Position numbers and translations under genes: made by a program
Shown here: positions 10,394 to 22,138 of the stretch, in pieces
How the letters are laid out: each line of letters opens with the position of its first letter
Position numbering within the stretch: position 1 is the first letter of the stretch
NCBI GenBank assembly: GCA_030528525.1
Contig: JAUMYT010000004.1
Location: 68,407-132,406 of the forward strand
Direction: 5' to 3'
DNA: 64,000 nucleotides
Source: Pasteurellaceae bacterium
GTDB taxonomy: Bacteria > Pseudomonadota > Gammaproteobacteria > Enterobacterales > Pasteurellaceae
The notes under the pieces: model-generated
Seen by the model: only the letters and a program-made list of their open reading frames with translations
Database searches by the model: none
What the model was told of the DNA's origin: nothing

Positions 10394-11581
10394 GTGGTTA
10401 ATGCAGTTAAACATTTTTTGAAGCTTGAATCAGCCAGCGGTATTTTACTGATGATTTTTGCCACGTTTGCGATTATTTTGGCGAATACGCCATTTCGTGA
10501 GTGGTATTTTGATTTTTTAGGCATGCCAGTGAGTGTGCAAATTGGTTTATTTAGTATTCATAAACCGTTGTTAATGTGGGTCAATGACGGCTTTATGGCA
10601 GTCTTTTTTGTGTTAGTGGGGCTTGAAGTTAAACGTGAGCTGTTGGAAGGGGCTTTATCTAGCTACCAAAGAGCGATTTTTCCCGCTGTGGGTGCTATTG
10701 GCGGCATGGTGGTCCCTGCACTGATTTATTGGTTTCTCAATCTCGAACACCCAGAGCACCAAGCAGGCTGGGCAATTCCGATGGCAACGGATATTGCGTT
10801 TGCACTCGGTGTGTTGGCGTTACTCGGTAAACGTGTCCCATTTGCGTTGAAAATTTTCTTATTGGCACTGGCTATTATTGATGACCTTGGTGCGATTGTG
10901 GTCATTGCTATCTTTTTCTCTCATGAATTAAGTACCACTGCGTTAGTTTCCGCAGGCTTGGCGATTGCTGTTTTGGTGATGATGAACCGTATGAAAGTGA
11001 CTGCGTTGTGTGCTTATATGGTCGTAGGCTTGATTTTATGGGCATCTGTGCTGAAATCAGGGGTGCATGCAACGCTCGCAGGAGTAATTATTGGCTTTTG
11101 TGTGCCTTTGAAGGGAAAAAATGGTGAAACGCCACTCCATCAGTTTGAACACATTCTTGCTCCTTGGTGCTCATTTGTGATTCTGCCGCTGTTCGCTTTT
11201 TCAAATGCCGGCGTGACCATTTCCGGTATGGGGTTGAATAGTTTCACCTCAACGTTAACGCTAGGGGTTATCTTTGGTCTTTTGGTTGGAAAAAGCTTGG
11301 GCGTGTTTGGTTTCAGTTATCTTGCTGTGAAACTTGGTATTGCGAAATTATCAGAAGGGATTAATTTCAAGCAGATTTTTGCGGTCTCCGTGTTGTGTGG
11401 CATTGGATTTACCATGTCGATGTTTTTAGCCGGTCTTGCTTTTGGAGGGGAAGAGGCTGATGGTAAGTTTATCTCATTGGCACGTTTAGGGATTTTGATT
11501 GGTTCATCTGTTTCGGCAATCTTAGGTTACTACTTGCTCAAATGTTTCACCACACCAGTTGTTGAAGCTGAGAAAGCTTAG
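10394..11581 (+). CDS. nhaA: Na+/H+ antiporter NhaA
   Basis: Aligns to E. coli NhaA from [15 protein letters not shown]...; likely GTG start at 10394 with AAGGAG 6 nt upstream (ORF track TTG at 10370 also possible). Confidence 0.85.
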   Translation: MVNAVKHFLKLESASGILLMIFATFAIILANTPFREWYFDFLGMPVSVQIGLFSIHKPLLMWVNDGFMAVFFVLVGLEVKRELLEGALSSYQRAIFPAVGAIGGMVVPALIYWFLNLEHPEHQAGWAIPMATDIAFALGVLALLGKRVPFALKIFLLALAIIDDLGAIVVIAIFFSHELSTTALVSAGLAIAVLVMMNRMKVTALCAYMVVGLILWASVLKSGVHATLAGVIIGFCVPLKGKNGETPLHQFEHILAPWCSFVILPLFAFSNAGVTISGMGLNSFTSTLTLGVIFGLLVGKSLGVFGFSYLAVKLGIAKLSEGINFKQIFAVSVLCGIGFTMSMFLAGLAFGGEEADGKFISLARLGILIGSSVSAILGYYLLKCFTTPVVEAEKA

Positions 11582-11593
11582 GTAAGATTGCGA

Positions 11594-11625
11594 CAAGGGG
11601 GTGAGAAAAATCGATTTTTTGTCAA
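11594..11625. repeat. Family A repeat (half element)
   Basis: caagggggtgagaaaaatcgattttttgtc. Confidence 0.6.
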
Positions 11626-11681
11626 TATTCATCAATGCAAACAGGCTATATTTGTAGATATAGCCTGTTTTATTTTATGTA

Positions 11682-12431
11682 TTAATCAAAAAGCACATAA
11701 GCAATAGCGATAAGTGCACCAGCACCTACAAGAAGTGGCAAGAAACGGGCGAACTGGCAAGGAGAGCAGTTATCCGATTTATTGCAGGCTTGTGGTGTTG
11801 TTTCAGTGTTTTTTACTTTTTTACTGGTGTAAATCGTGGCTTCGTTGAAGGCTTTTTCAAATTCCTGAGCGGTGTTTTTCATCGCTAATTTGGTTGATGT
11901 GCGATACATTGGTTTGCCTTCAAATTTACTTAGATCTACATCAATATCAGTGGCAATAAACACTAAATCAGCAGCTTGTACTTCTTCTGCTGTAATTAAA
12001 TTGTTTGCACCAATTTGCCCTCGGGTTTCAATTTTGATATTCCAACCTTGGGTTTTGGCGTAATTAGAAATGGCTTCTGCAGACATAAAGGTTTGTGCTA
12101 CGCCCGTTGGACAAGCGGTTACTGCTACAATGTTTTTAGTTTTGCCATGATTTTCTAGTGGTGTGTCTTCTACGTGCAGCGGGGCTGCATCGGCGATCGC
12201 TTGCTGTAATGTAGTTTCAGGTTGGTTTAACGCTTGCTCAAGATCGACAATAGCCCCTTTTCTACCAATAAGGTTAGCTGGAACGCTTGGTTCAAACAGT
12301 AGCACAATATCAGCTTGTTCGGTTGCAACAATTTGGTGTTGTTGTTGGGTTGCTGCGTTTGTTAGTGCTTGTTCAACGAGAAATTGGCGAGCATTGCCAA
12401 GTTGTGCCGGAAAAACGAAAGAAATGTTCAT
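11682..12431 (-). pseudogene. fruA: PTS fructose-specific IIB'-IIB fragment (truncated fruA-like, ends inside first TM helix)
   Basis: 249 aa matches FruA residues 1-~215 (KNIVAVTACPTGVAQTFMSAEAI) then stops after one TM segment; full FruA IIC domain (~350 aa) missing. Confidence 0.5.
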
Positions 12432-12776
12432 GAGAAAGTCCTATATGTGTCAAAATAAATGATATTGCGAGGAGTGAGTTATCCTGTTTACGATTTGCAA
12501 TACCGATGAAATGGTTTGCATGGTTAAGTTTAACGCATTCAGCAGGCTGAATGTGGGTTTAAATGATAAATTTAGCCTAGCGACCACACAGTTTACAATG
12601 AGTTTACTGTGTGGCACTAGGGCTTGTAGTACGCCCTCAAGGTTGAGAAACGTTTCATGAACACCCGTTTAGTATGCTACATTTTCAATGCCCTTAGCCT
12701 GTAATCGAGCAATGACAACAGTGTATAACGGGAGCAAGGAACATTTCTTCAACGCTCAAGTTCTTGGCGATTGGGT

Positions 12777-13904
12777 TTACGTACTATTGCCGCATGATTC
12801 TGTTTCTCTCTCACCTAGTCCCTGTTCAATGGCTTGAGTGAGCTGTGTGAGTGCAAGTTTTGCATCATGACCACGAGCCACGATTCGTAGTCGTTCGCCT
12901 TTTTTTACCCCTAATGTCATGATTTCCATCACGCTTTTACCATCAACTAATGAGGTTTGGGCATCTAGATTCTGTACTTGAATGTGAGCGACAAATTTTT
13001 TTGCAATATTAACGAAGAAAGTGCTAGGTCTGGCGTGCAAACCATGTGTGTTTCTCAGTGTGATAATTACCTCGACTTCATCATTTAGAGTATGTTCATT
13101 TGACTCTAATATGTTGTTGAAAATTGCCAGTAGCTCTGCCTGATTAGCATTAGCTATTTTGTGTAGGATAGCGGGTTGGATCAGCTTTGTTAATTGTGGT
13201 TGAAGGCGTTGATCAACCATCGCCACACTAATTAGCGTCATACCTTGTTGATTGCGAGCAATTGCAATGCCGTTGGCAAGATTGCCGCTTGAGCTATCAA
13301 GCAAATAAATATTTGGCGCTAATGCAAGGGGGAGAGAAATACGGACTTTTTGCAAAAAATCGTGATCCACATAGCCTAGTTCATACAAGGTGGTTGCATT
13401 CACAAGAGAAAGAGTCGCTAAATTAGGAGCATCAAGTGTTAAATGGATTAAGCGTTCATTGATGCTTGGTAAAGACGGTTTGCCACTAAGTAGCATGATA
13501 AATTGGTTTAAATCTTGGGTGGTAGCGATCAGATTTGCTTTAGTATCATCGTTCAGTAGACGACTAAGATGTTGTAATAAGCATAGATGGTCGTCAGAAT
13601 TTGCTGCAATACCAATGACGACATAAGCGGTGTTGCCTTCTCCCCAATCGACGCCTTTGGGGAATTGATAAATTTGTACTCCCGTTTTTTTTACCTGTTC
13701 ACGTCCACCTAAGTCACCGTGGGGAATCGCAATGCCATTGGCTAAATAAGTAGACGCCTGTTGTTCGCGTATCTGCATACTTGTGGCATAAGCTGGTACA
13801 ACATAGCCATTTTCAATCAAACCTTGCGCAACAAGTGCAATAGCTTGTTCTTTATTGTTTACATTGGCATTGAGTTGCACATTTTTTTTCGAGAGAGTGA
13901 GCAT
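12777..13904 (-). CDS. fruB: PTS fructose diphosphoryl transfer protein (IIA-M-FPr)
   Basis: 375 aa; IIA-Fru N-domain (GIAIPHG), C-terminal HPr-like domain (NTHGLHARPSTFFVN...GVKKGERLRIVARGHDA). Confidence 0.8.
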   Translation of the reverse strand: MLTLSKKNVQLNANVNNKEQAIALVAQGLIENGYVVPAYATSMQIREQQASTYLANGIAIPHGDLGGREQVKKTGVQIYQFPKGVDWGEGNTAYVVIGIAANSDDHLCLLQHLSRLLNDDTKANLIATTQDLNQFIMLLSGKPSLPSINERLIHLTLDAPNLATLSLVNATTLYELGYVDHDFLQKVRISLPLALAPNIYLLDSSSGNLANGIAIARNQQGMTLISVAMVDQRLQPQLTKLIQPAILHKIANANQAELLAIFNNILESNEHTLNDEVEVIITLRNTHGLHARPSTFFVNIAKKFVAHIQVQNLDAQTSLVDGKSVMEIMTLGVKKGERLRIVARGHDAKLALTQLTQAIEQGLGERETESCGNST

Positions 13905-14045
13905 TGGATTCCTAGTTCACAGCGTTTTTCATTAACAGGTCGGTTAGAAATTGTAGCGTTTTAACTGTAAAGTGGTACAGTTAAAACGTAAAGAGAAATA
14001 AAAAAATCCTATCATTGTAAATGTTAGGATTTTTATGGTGACATG

Positions 14046-14465
14046 CTATGACATGATTTCATTTGAGGTGAAGAAATAAGCTATTTCACGTTTTGCTGAA
14101 GCATCAGAATCAGAGCCGTGTACTGAATTTTCTTGGTAGCTTAACGCGTAGTGATCGCGAATCGTGCCTTTTTCTCGTTTAGCGGGATCGGTTGCCCCCA
14201 TGAGGTTACGATAATGGCTAACTGCGTTTTCCCCTTCTAATACTACCACGACAACAGGTGCAGAACTCATAAAATGGACTAGAGGAGCAAAAAACGGCTT
14301 ACCTTGATGCTCGGCATAAAATCCTTCTGCTTGAGCTTGGGTTAAATGTAGCATCTTTAATGCTTTGATTTCTAAGCCATTTTGTTCAAGCAAGGACAAT
14401 ATCTCGCCAATGAGATGACGTCTCGTAATGTCGGGTTTGATAATCGCAAGGGTTTGTTGTCTCAT
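14046..14465 (-). CDS. ndk: nucleoside diphosphate kinase
   Basis: Start at internal Met ([12 protein letters not shown]...); NDK signature NAVHGSDS; ORF track start 14534 is an upstream extension. Confidence 0.9.
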   Translation of the reverse strand: MRQQTLAIIKPDITRRHLIGEILSLLEQNGLEIKALKMLHLTQAQAEGFYAEHQGKPFFAPLVHFMSSAPVVVVVLEGENAVSHYRNLMGATDPAKREKGTIRDHYALSYQENSVHGSDSDASAKREIAYFFTSNEIMS

Positions 14466-14539
14466 AGGGCTCTCCTTTATAAGTATGTTGACATGGTTGT
14501 CTTGTAAATAAGGTGGGCAAATACCCACCTTCACTTTCC

Positions 14540-16588
14540 TTATTTCACCTGCATTCCAGCACTCACACCACTGTCTGCCGAAAGCAAGAACAAGTCCGCT
14601 CCGCCTGTGCCTGCGGATAAAATCATCCCTTCTGACATTCCGAACGACATTTTGCGTGGGGCAAGGTTGGCGATCATAATCACAAAACGGCCTTCCAGCT
14701 CTTCAGGTTTGCCGTAAGCGGCTTTGATGCCAGAGAACACTTGGCGTGTGTGGTCGCCTAAATCCAGTTCAAAACGCAACAGTTTGTCTGATTTCGGCAC
14801 CGCTTCGCATTTCAGCACTTTTGCCACACGGAGATCAAGTTTGGCGAAATCATCAATGGTGATTTCAGGGGCAATAGGTTCAATTTTCGTTTCGCAAGGG
14901 GTCACTTTTTTTCCTTTTTGTGCAAGTTTTTCAGCTTCCGCAAATAACGCTTTGGTTTCATCAATCACCGCATCAATCTGCTTTTTCTCCAAGCGAGTAA
15001 ATAACGCTTTAAATGGGGCAATTTGTTTGCCGAGCAATGGCGTGTCGATGTTATCCCAACGCAATTCGGTTTGTAAGAAGGCTTCGGCTTTGCTCGCCAA
15101 GGTTGGCATTACAGGCTTTAAGTAGCTCATTAACACACGGAACATTTCCAAGCCCATTGAACAAACGGCTTGTAACTCCGCATCTTTGCCCTCTTCTTTG
15201 GCAATTACCCACGGAGCTTTGTCGTCAATATATTTATTCGCTTTGTCAGCAAGTGCCATAATTTCACGAATCGCTTTGTTAAATTCACGGTTCTCGTAGA
15301 AAGAAGCGATCTGCGCTGATTGTGCGGTAAATTCGGCGAAAAGTTGCGGATCGTCCAGTTCTGCGGCTAATTTGCCGTCAAAACGTTTATGGATGAAACC
15401 TGCGGTGCGAGAGGCTAAATTCACCAATTTATTCACAATATCGCTGTTCACACGCTGTACAAAATCGTCCAAGCTGAAATCTAAATCTTCAATGCGATTG
15501 TTCAATTTTGCCGCATAGTAATAACGCAAACATTCAGGATCGAGATGCTTCAAATAGGTGCTGGCTTGGATAAAGGTACCACGGGATTTGGACATTTTTT
15601 GTCCGTCCACCGTCACATAGCCGTGAGCAAATACGTTGGTTGGTTTGCGATAGCCACTGCCTTCTAGCATTGCTGGCCAGAACAAGCTGTGGAAATAGAC
15701 GATGTCTTTGCCGATAAAGTGATACAGTTCGGCGGTGGAATCTTTTTTCCAAAATTCATCGTAATCCAAGCCTGTGCGGTCGCATAAATTTTTGAACGAT
15801 GCCATATAACCGATCGGGGCATCTAACCACACATAGAAGAATTTGTTTTCCGCATCAGGAATTTCAAAGCCGAAATACGGTGCATCACGGCTGATGTCCC
15901 ACTGCTGCAAACCGCTTTCAAACCACTCTTGCATTTTGTTGGCAATTTCAGGTTGAAGCGAACCAGAGCGAGTCCACTCTTTCAACATTCCTTCAAAACT
16001 TGGCAAATCAAAGAAGAAATGTTCTGATTCTTTCACAATTGGCGTAGAGCCTGAAACGACCGAGCGTGGATTGATCAGATCCATCGGGCTGTAAGTTGCC
16101 GAGCAGGATTCGCAGTTATCGCCATATTGATCTTCTGCTTTACATTTTGGGCAAGTGCCTTTCACAAAACGATCAGGCAAAAACATCTGCTTTTCAGGGT
16201 CAAACAGTTGCGAAATCACACGGCTTTTAATAAAGTCATTATTTTTCAACTGGTTATAGATATGGCGAGTGAGCTCTCGGTTCTCTTCGCTGTGCGTCGA
16301 ATGGTAATTATCAAAGCTGATGTTGAACCCAGCAAAATCGGCAACGTGATCTTTCTTTGCTTGTTCGATCAACTGCTCTGGGGTAATGCCGAGTTTATCG
16401 GCGTTCAGCATAATCGGCGTACCGTGTGCATCATCGGAACAAACGAAATGAATTTGATGCCCACGCATCCGTTGGAAACGCACCCAAATATCCGCTTGAA
16501 TATGTTCGAGCATATGCCCTAAATGAATTGCCCCGTTCGCATAAGGCAAGGCACAAGTGACTAAAATTTTACGTTGTGGATTTGACAT
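14540..16588 (-). CDS. metG: methionine--tRNA ligase
   Basis: [38 protein letters not shown]... aligns with E. coli MetG from residue 1; C-terminal tRNA-binding domain present. Confidence 0.9.
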   Translation of the reverse strand: MSNPQRKILVTCALPYANGAIHLGHMLEHIQADIWVRFQRMRGHQIHFVCSDDAHGTPIMLNADKLGITPEQLIEQAKKDHVADFAGFNISFDNYHSTHSEENRELTRHIYNQLKNNDFIKSRVISQLFDPEKQMFLPDRFVKGTCPKCKAEDQYGDNCESCSATYSPMDLINPRSVVSGSTPIVKESEHFFFDLPSFEGMLKEWTRSGSLQPEIANKMQEWFESGLQQWDISRDAPYFGFEIPDAENKFFYVWLDAPIGYMASFKNLCDRTGLDYDEFWKKDSTAELYHFIGKDIVYFHSLFWPAMLEGSGYRKPTNVFAHGYVTVDGQKMSKSRGTFIQASTYLKHLDPECLRYYYAAKLNNRIEDLDFSLDDFVQRVNSDIVNKLVNLASRTAGFIHKRFDGKLAAELDDPQLFAEFTAQSAQIASFYENREFNKAIREIMALADKANKYIDDKAPWVIAKEEGKDAELQAVCSMGLEMFRVLMSYLKPVMPTLASKAEAFLQTELRWDNIDTPLLGKQIAPFKALFTRLEKKQIDAVIDETKALFAEAEKLAQKGKKVTPCETKIEPIAPEITIDDFAKLDLRVAKVLKCEAVPKSDKLLRFELDLGDHTRQVFSGIKAAYGKPEELEGRFVIMIANLAPRKMSFGMSEGMILSAGTGGADLFLLSADSGVSAGMQVK

Positions 16589-16664
16589 TGTTGCTACCGT
16601 AATCACATTTAAAATGGCTCAAATTGTAACGGAAATGGGACTAGTTGTGTAGAAAAAGCAACAA

Positions 16665-16709
16665 CAAGGGGGTCAGTTTTTTGAAGATTTTGCAAAATTT
16701 TTCTCCCCT
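16665..16709. repeat. Family A repeat
   Basis: caagggggtcagttttttgaagattttgcaaaatttttctcccct. Confidence 0.75.
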
Positions 16710-16751
16710 AATGCCAGCTATTATGCATTAAGGGAGAAAATGTCTAACAGG

Positions 16752-18392
16752 TTATTTCCATGCTTTGAACTGGTTGATCAATCCATTGGTTGAGCTATCG
16801 TGGCTGGTGATTTTCTCAGCGTTTTCAAGCTCTGGCAAAATGCGGTTGGCGAGCTGTTTGCCCAGCTCTACTCCCCATTGGTCGAAGCTGTAGATGTTGA
16901 AAATCACGCCTTGCACGAAGATTTTGTGTTCGTACATTGCAATCAATGCACCAAGCGTAAATGGGGTGATTTTTTGCACCAAAATGGAGTTAGTCGGCTT
17001 GTTACCTGTGAACACTTTGAACGGTACAATATTTGCAGTTTCTGCTAAAGATCTCCCCCCTTGTACGAACTCTTGTTCTACTACCTCTTTCGATTTACCA
17101 AACGCAAGGGCTTCAGTTTGGGCAAAAAAGTTAGAAAGCAATTTAGTGTGGTGATCGCCGATTGGATTGTGGCTTTGAGCTGGTGCAATAAAATCACACG
17201 GGATCAATTTCGTGCCTTGGTGGATCAACTGATAAAAGGCGTGCTGACCGTTTGTACCGGGTTCGCCCCAAATAATCGGCCCTGTTTGATAATTCACGGC
17301 TTTGCCATCACGCCCCACAAATTTGCCGTTTGATTCCATATTGCCTTGTTGGAAATAGGCGGCGAAGCGGTGTAAATATTGGTCGTACGGTAAAATTGCT
17401 TCCGATTCGGCTCCTAAGAAGTTGTTGTTCCAAATCCCCACAAGGGCAAGTGTGGTTGGGATATTTTGCTCAATTGGGGCATTTAAGAAGTGCTTATCCA
17501 TTGCGTGAGCCCCTTCAAGCAGTTGCTCAAAATGCTCAAAGCCGAGTGAAAGGGCAATGGATAAACCGATCGCAGACCAAAGTGAGTAGCGACCGCCGAC
17601 CCAATCCCAGAATTCAAACATATTGTCAGTATCAATCCCGAATTTTGCCACTTCTTTGGCGTTAGTCGAGAGAGCCACGAAATGTTTGGCGACCGCAGAC
17701 TCATCTTTGGCAGCTCTCAATAACCAATTCCGTGCCGAATGGGCATTAGTCATTGTTTCTTGCGTAGTAAAGGTTTTTGATGCCACCAACACAAGTGTGG
17801 TTTCAGGATTTACTTTGCGTAACGTTTCAGCAATGTGCGTGCCGTCCACATTAGACACGAAGTGCATCGTTAAGTGATTTTTGTACGGACGCAACGCTTC
17901 TGTCACCATATAAGGGCCTAAATCCGAACCGCCGATACCGATATTGATCACATCGGTAATCGCTTTGCCGGTGTAACCTTTCCATTCGCCTGAAATCACT
18001 CGCTCACAGAAGCCTTTCATTTTTGCTAATACGGCATTCACTTCAGGCATTACGTCTTTGCCGTCTACTTCTACTGGTGTATTTGAGCGATTACGCAAGG
18101 CTATGTGCAACACGGCACGATCTTCGGTACGGTTAATTTTTTCGCCATTAAACATCGCATAGGTGGCGGATTTTAACTGACATTCGTCCGCCAGTTGGCG
18201 TAATAAGCTTAACGTTTGTTGATTGATCGCATTTTTGGAAAAATCGACCAAAATTTGATCGTCAAAACGCAGAGAGTATTTGTCGAAACGGTTTGGATCA
18301 TCGGCAAAAAGTTGTGGAATCGTCAGATTTTCCGCTTTGTGCTGTTCAAGAGCATTCCACGCAAAGGTTTGAGTTGGATTGATATTTTTCAT
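16752..18392 (-). CDS. pgi: glucose-6-phosphate isomerase
   Basis: 546 aa, canonical PGI. Confidence 0.9.
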   Translation of the reverse strand: MKNINPTQTFAWNALEQHKAENLTIPQLFADDPNRFDKYSLRFDDQILVDFSKNAINQQTLSLLRQLADECQLKSATYAMFNGEKINRTEDRAVLHIALRNRSNTPVEVDGKDVMPEVNAVLAKMKGFCERVISGEWKGYTGKAITDVINIGIGGSDLGPYMVTEALRPYKNHLTMHFVSNVDGTHIAETLRKVNPETTLVLVASKTFTTQETMTNAHSARNWLLRAAKDESAVAKHFVALSTNAKEVAKFGIDTDNMFEFWDWVGGRYSLWSAIGLSIALSLGFEHFEQLLEGAHAMDKHFLNAPIEQNIPTTLALVGIWNNNFLGAESEAILPYDQYLHRFAAYFQQGNMESNGKFVGRDGKAVNYQTGPIIWGEPGTNGQHAFYQLIHQGTKLIPCDFIAPAQSHNPIGDHHTKLLSNFFAQTEALAFGKSKEVVEQEFVQGGRSLAETANIVPFKVFTGNKPTNSILVQKITPFTLGALIAMYEHKIFVQGVIFNIYSFDQWGVELGKQLANRILPELENAEKITSHDSSTNGLINQFKAWK

Positions 18393-18411
18393 TGGATTTT
18401 CCTTCTAAAAT

Positions 18412-18669
18412 TTATTCGGATTGAGACGCGTCCGCTTCAAGTAACGCATCCAAACGTTTTTCTAATTCATTGAGTTTTTCGCGGGTGCGTAATAACACTT
18501 GGGATTGGACATCAAACTCTTCACGAGTAACGACATCGAGTTTGGTCAGCTGAGCTTGTAGGATTTGTTTGAATTTATCTTCCAAATCATTGCCGACATT
18601 TTTTAAACCTTGTGGCAAGGCATTGTGAAGCTGTTGAGCGATGGATTCGAGATTTTTTGGGCTGAACAT
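18412..18669 (-). CDS. ubiK: ubiquinone biosynthesis accessory factor UbiK (YqiC/BMFP family)
   Basis: 85 aa, LQAQLTKLDVVTREEFDVQSQVLLRTREKL nearly identical to E. coli YqiC core. Confidence 0.8.
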   Translation of the reverse strand: MFSPKNLESIAQQLHNALPQGLKNVGNDLEDKFKQILQAQLTKLDVVTREEFDVQSQVLLRTREKLNELEKRLDALLEADASQSE

Positions 18670-18802
18670 AGTTTTCTCCAGTTGAATAACCGCATAATTC
18701 TAAAGAATTTTGGCTAAAATCAAAAGTGAAGAAAAGAAAAATCGCAATGAAAATAAAGGCAGATCAAAAAGATGAATGTTAAAAATAATTTCGAAAAAAA
18801 TA

Positions 18803-18877
18803 TGGCTGGAGTACTAGGATTCGAACCTAGGAATGCTGGGATCAAAACCCAGTGCCTTACCGCTTGGCGATACTCCA
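18803..18877 (-). tRNA. tRNA-Gln (anticodon TTG)
   Basis: Reverse complement TGGAGTATCGCCAAGCGGTAAGGCACTGGGTTTTGATCCCAGC...CTCCAGCCA; cloverleaf with TTG anticodon. Confidence 0.85.
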
Positions 18878-18914
18878 AAAGAAAAAACTAACCTAAAGTT
18901 AGTTATATTTGATA

Positions 18915-18989
18915 AGAAATAAGATGGCTGGAGTACTAGGATTCGAACCTAGGAATGCTGGGATCAAAACCCAGTGCCTTACCGCTTGG
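18915..18989 (-). tRNA. tRNA-Gln (anticodon TTG), second identical copy
   Basis: Identical 75-nt sequence to previous copy. Confidence 0.85.
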
Positions 18990-19024
18990 CGATACTCCAG
19001 TCGTTTTATTTGCTAAGCCATAAA

Positions 19025-19109
19025 TGGTGCGGGACGAGGGACTTGAACCCACACACCTCTCGGCGCCAGAACCTAAATCTGGTGCGTCTACCAATTTCGC
19101 CAGTCCCGC
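19025..19109 (-). tRNA. tRNA-Leu (anticodon TAG)
   Basis: Reverse complement GCGGGACTGGCGAAATTGGTAGACGCACCAGATTTAGGTTCTGG...; long variable arm; near-identical to E. coli leuW. Confidence 0.85.
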
Positions 19110-19111
19110 AA

Positions 19112-19188
19112 TGGTGGCTACAACGAGATTCGAACTTGTGACCCCAACATTATGAGTGTTGTGCTCTAACCAGCTGAGCTATGTAGCC
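19112..19188 (-). tRNA. tRNA-Met (elongator, anticodon CAT)
   Basis: Reverse complement GGCTACATAGCTCAGCTGGTTAGAGCACAACACTCATAATGTTGGGGTCACAAGTTCGAATCTCGTTGTAGCCACCA. Confidence 0.85.
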
Positions 19189-19217
19189 ATTGCTTTACCT
19201 ATCGGCTTTGCGGGGCG

Positions 19218-19246
19218 TATTATGCTGATTTCGTCCTAGCTCGTCA
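19218..19246 (-). promoter_or_regulatory. Candidate sigma70 promoter of tRNA operon with GC-rich discriminator
   Basis: Minus strand TTGACG-17nt-CATAAT followed by CGCCCCGC (stringent-type discriminator) just upstream of tRNA-Met. Confidence 0.45.
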
Positions 19247-19343
19247 AATACTTTTTTGCAAAAAACGCTATTTTAAACGTTTTTGAATAGAGAATCAGCA
19301 ATTTGACTAAAAAACAGCAAAATTATCTTATTTTTATAGGGGT

Positions 19344-20162
19344 TTAGCACATCGTTTTAATTTTTAATGTTTCCAAAACAGGTTCAATGTCAGGCAACAC
19401 CCCTTCCCATAACTGGAAGGCATAGGCAGCCTGCCCCACCAACATTCCTAAGCCGTCTTGACAGTTCGTTGCACCTTGCGATCGAGCGTAATGGAGAAAC
19501 GGTGTTGCCATTTCAGGGGCATATTGCATATCGTACACCTTGGCGGTGGCAAATAAATGGTTTGGTAGTTCAACATATTTGCCTTGTAAGCCCAATGAGG
19601 TGGCGTTAATGATTAAATCAAAATGCTGACTTTCCAAATCTTGTTTGCAAGGGGGGGAGATCTTGCCAAATTCTGCAAATTTTTCCGCCAAACTCACCGC
19701 TTTTTCCACCGTTCGGTTATACAAGCTAATCTGCTGTTTGGCTTGCAATAGCGGATACAGCACGCCTTTGGTTGCACCGCCTGCTCCTAAAATCAGCACT
19801 TTTTGTTGTGGTTTGAGCCAGCCGAGTCGGGTTAAATCGGCGACAAGTCCCAATCCGTCGGTATTGTCCGCATACAGTCGCCCATCGTCCAATCGCTTGA
19901 GCGTATTACAGGCTTGGGCTTGCAGGCAACGCTCGCTGTGTAAATCCGCCATTGCAAAGGCACGCTCTTTAAAAGGAGCGGTAATATTCGCCCCTTTTGC
20001 CCCTTGGGCAAAGAAGGCTAGAAGTTGTTGTTCAAAGTCAGCAAGATCGCCTAATTTCGCTGCATACTCCACATTCTTTCGCGTCTGTTCGGCGAATAAT
20101 TGATGAATGTATGGCGATTTACTTTGAGCAATCGGGTTGCCCCAAACAGCATAGTGATTCAT
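19344..20162 (-). CDS. aroE: shikimate dehydrogenase
   Basis: Start at internal MNHYAVWGNPIAQSKSPYIHQ...; 272 aa; upstream 77 aa of ORF-track frame is extension. Confidence 0.85.
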   Translation of the reverse strand: MNHYAVWGNPIAQSKSPYIHQLFAEQTRKNVEYAAKLGDLADFEQQLLAFFAQGAKGANITAPFKERAFAMADLHSERCLQAQACNTLKRLDDGRLYADNTDGLGLVADLTRLGWLKPQQKVLILGAGGATKGVLYPLLQAKQQISLYNRTVEKAVSLAEKFAEFGKISPPCKQDLESQHFDLIINATSLGLQGKYVELPNHLFATAKVYDMQYAPEMATPFLHYARSQGATNCQDGLGMLVGQAAYAFQLWEGVLPDIEPVLETLKIKTMC

Positions 20163-20173
20163 TTTCTCTCCTA

Positions 20174-20731
20174 TTAGCCTTGGCGGAAAATTTGTTGAGT
20201 AAATATATCTCGAATTTCGGACGGATTTTGCCTGCCTAACGTCGGCTGATTGAGCACAGGAAAATCCGTTCCAAATTGTGTGATAACTTCCTCTGCCGTG
20301 CGACAAGGCGGTATCCCTGTCAAATTGGCACTGGTGGACGTTAAAGCAAAACCCGTGGCTTCGCATAATGCCACCACCGCAGGCACTTGACAAAGCCGTA
20401 CCGCAATGCTGTCAAATTGCCCTTTGAGATAGCGTGGTACACTACGTTTGGCAGGCATTATCCAGCTAATCGCTTGCTCGCTTCTTGGCTGCTCAAACCG
20501 TTGCCACTCAGTTTCGGTTAAATGCGTATCATCAATAAACGGCAATAAATAGTCTTTGTGTGGCGCAACCAAAATCAAGCCTTTTTCTTCGGGGCGTTGT
20601 TTTAATGCAAGCAATGCTCGCACTGCTGTTTCGCTGTTAGGATTACAGCCCAGCCCGAACACGGCTTCGGTTGGGTAGGCAACTACTTGATTTTGCTTGA
20701 GTTTCTCGACAATCTGTTCAAAATTATTCAT
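20174..20731 (-). CDS. tsaC: L-threonylcarbamoyladenylate synthase (YrdC/TsaC)
   Basis: [15 protein letters not shown] motif; start at [11 protein letters not shown]. Confidence 0.8.
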   Translation of the reverse strand: MNNFEQIVEKLKQNQVVAYPTEAVFGLGCNPNSETAVRALLALKQRPEEKGLILVAPHKDYLLPFIDDTHLTETEWQRFEQPRSEQAISWIMPAKRSVPRYLKGQFDSIAVRLCQVPAVVALCEATGFALTSTSANLTGIPPCRTAEEVITQFGTDFPVLNQPTLGRQNPSEIRDIFTQQIFRQG

Positions 20732-21257
20732 TCGGTTCTTCAAATAAGTGCTGGCAAGTTTTATTGGCACAGCAAAGGTAAGTTTTATTACGTACTTTTT
20801 TCTGGGTCGCTAACGGATAATCACATTCAGGGCAGTTCACCTGAATTGGCTTGCTCGGTAAAGTCAATTTGCAATGCGGATAACCTGTACAGCCGTAAAA
20901 ATGTTTGCCCGAACGCCCCATTCGTTCGACTAATTTATGGGTTTTACATTCTGGGCAGTCAACTTCTTCCGCCGTTTCAGGCTCATTTTGTACCACAAAA
21001 TCGCATTCAGGATACTGGCTACACCCAATAAAAATGCCAAAATGCCCCTGTTTGAGTTGCAGAAAATGCCCACATTCTGGGCAAATTTCGTCTAAGGTTT
21101 TGAGAATGTGCGTACTCTGTTGCAACGGTTTGAGATAGTGGCAACGAGGGTAATTGGAACAGCCTAAAAATAGCCCTTGCTTGCCTTTTTTGAGCTGTAA
21201 AGGCGATTGGCATTCAGGGCAAAATTCCGTCTGCTTGGTCGATCTGAACAGGCTCAT
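20724..21257 (-). CDS. yrdD: DNA topoisomerase-type C4 zinc-ribbon protein (YrdD-like)
   Basis: 177 aa with four CPxC...GC..YP.C zinc ribbons; conserved yrdD-tsaC-aroE order. Confidence 0.75.
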   Translation of the reverse strand: MSLFRSTKQTEFCPECQSPLQLKKGKQGLFLGCSNYPRCHYLKPLQQSTHILKTLDEICPECGHFLQLKQGHFGIFIGCSQYPECDFVVQNEPETAEEVDCPECKTHKLVERMGRSGKHFYGCTGYPHCKLTLPSKPIQVNCPECDYPLATQKKVRNKTYLCCANKTCQHLFEEPNE

Positions 21258-21592
21258 TGCAATGGCTCAACTCGCTCAAATTCGATCACCCAAAATTGCG
21301 TTTCATTCGGATAGATTTCACGGATCACTTGGCGTAATTCATCCAAACGCATATTTTCTTGCTGGGCGTGGCGTTCGTTTAGATCGTCAAAGTGAATTGG
21401 CGTGACCGACAACACGCGAATATGAGCGAACAAGCGGTGGGTTTCGTGCGTTAAAACGCAAAGTAGCTGTTCAGGCTGAAAATGGGATTCCGATTGATCC
21501 CGAATGGTAATGGTTTTCTTACCACTTAAAATATCCGCTTCAAAGCGGCTGAAAAAGGTAATTTGGTGCGGTTTATTCCCATTCATTGTCAA
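21254..21592 (-). CDS. yqfB: ASCH domain protein (YqfB-like N4-acetylcytidine amidohydrolase)
   Basis: 112 aa, [23 protein letters not shown]-terminus typical of YqfB. Confidence 0.7.
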   Translation of the reverse strand: MTMNGNKPHQITFFSRFEADILSGKKTITIRDQSESHFQPEQLLCVLTHETHRLFAHIRVLSVTPIHFDDLNERHAQQENMRLDELRQVIREIYPNETQFWVIEFERVEPLQ

Positions 21593-22028
21593 ACTCCAAG
21601 TTCATTAAATGGCTAAAATGATCAGACGAAAAACCGTGGCTTAACATATATCGCCACATTTTTTGCTTGGCTTTGAGATCCCACTCTTCAGGGCATTTTT
21701 TCTGAAAAACACGCTCGGCAAGTTCAAACCAATCAATTTCACTATTTTCTAGCTCTTGGGTAATCAGCCAATCTGCCACGCCTTTTAAGCGAAGTTCTTG
21801 CTTTAAGCGAGCAGGACCATAACCTTGCTGAGATCGTGAGCGGATAAAATGTTGGCAAAAGCGTGCATCGCTCTGCCATTGATGCGTTTGTGCGGTTTCG
21901 ATCGCTTGCTCAATCTCATCGGCTTCATACGCTTTTTGTTTGAGTTTTTGGCGAAGTTCTCGCTCGCTGTAATCTCGCCGAGAAAGCAGATAAACCAGAT
22001 ACTGCGTGGCACTGTATTTTGTTTTCAT
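21573..22028 (-). CDS. recX: recombination regulator RecX
   Basis: 151 aa; immediately downstream of recA. Confidence 0.85.
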   Translation of the reverse strand: MKTKYSATQYLVYLLSRRDYSERELRQKLKQKAYEADEIEQAIETAQTHQWQSDARFCQHFIRSRSQQGYGPARLKQELRLKGVADWLITQELENSEIDWFELAERVFQKKCPEEWDLKAKQKMWRYMLSHGFSSDHFSHLMNLEFDNEWE

Positions 22029-22072
22029 CGTGGGAATATAACAAAAATGCGGTGAAATACCGCATTGAAAAT

Positions 22073-22136
22073 GTAGGATGGGCTTCAGCCCATCAAAAAA
22101 TCATAAAAAAGTGTGATGAGCTAAAGCCCATCCTAC
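22073..22136. repeat. Family C palindrome, copy 3 (recA-recX intergenic)
   Basis: gtaggatgggcttcagcccatc...gatgagctaaagcccatcctac. Confidence 0.8.
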
Positions 22137-22138
22137 GA

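Noticed and set aside
12163-12462. Plus-strand ORF 12163..12462 (Cys/Ser-rich)
   Set aside because: It is antisense to the fruA remnant and low complexity.
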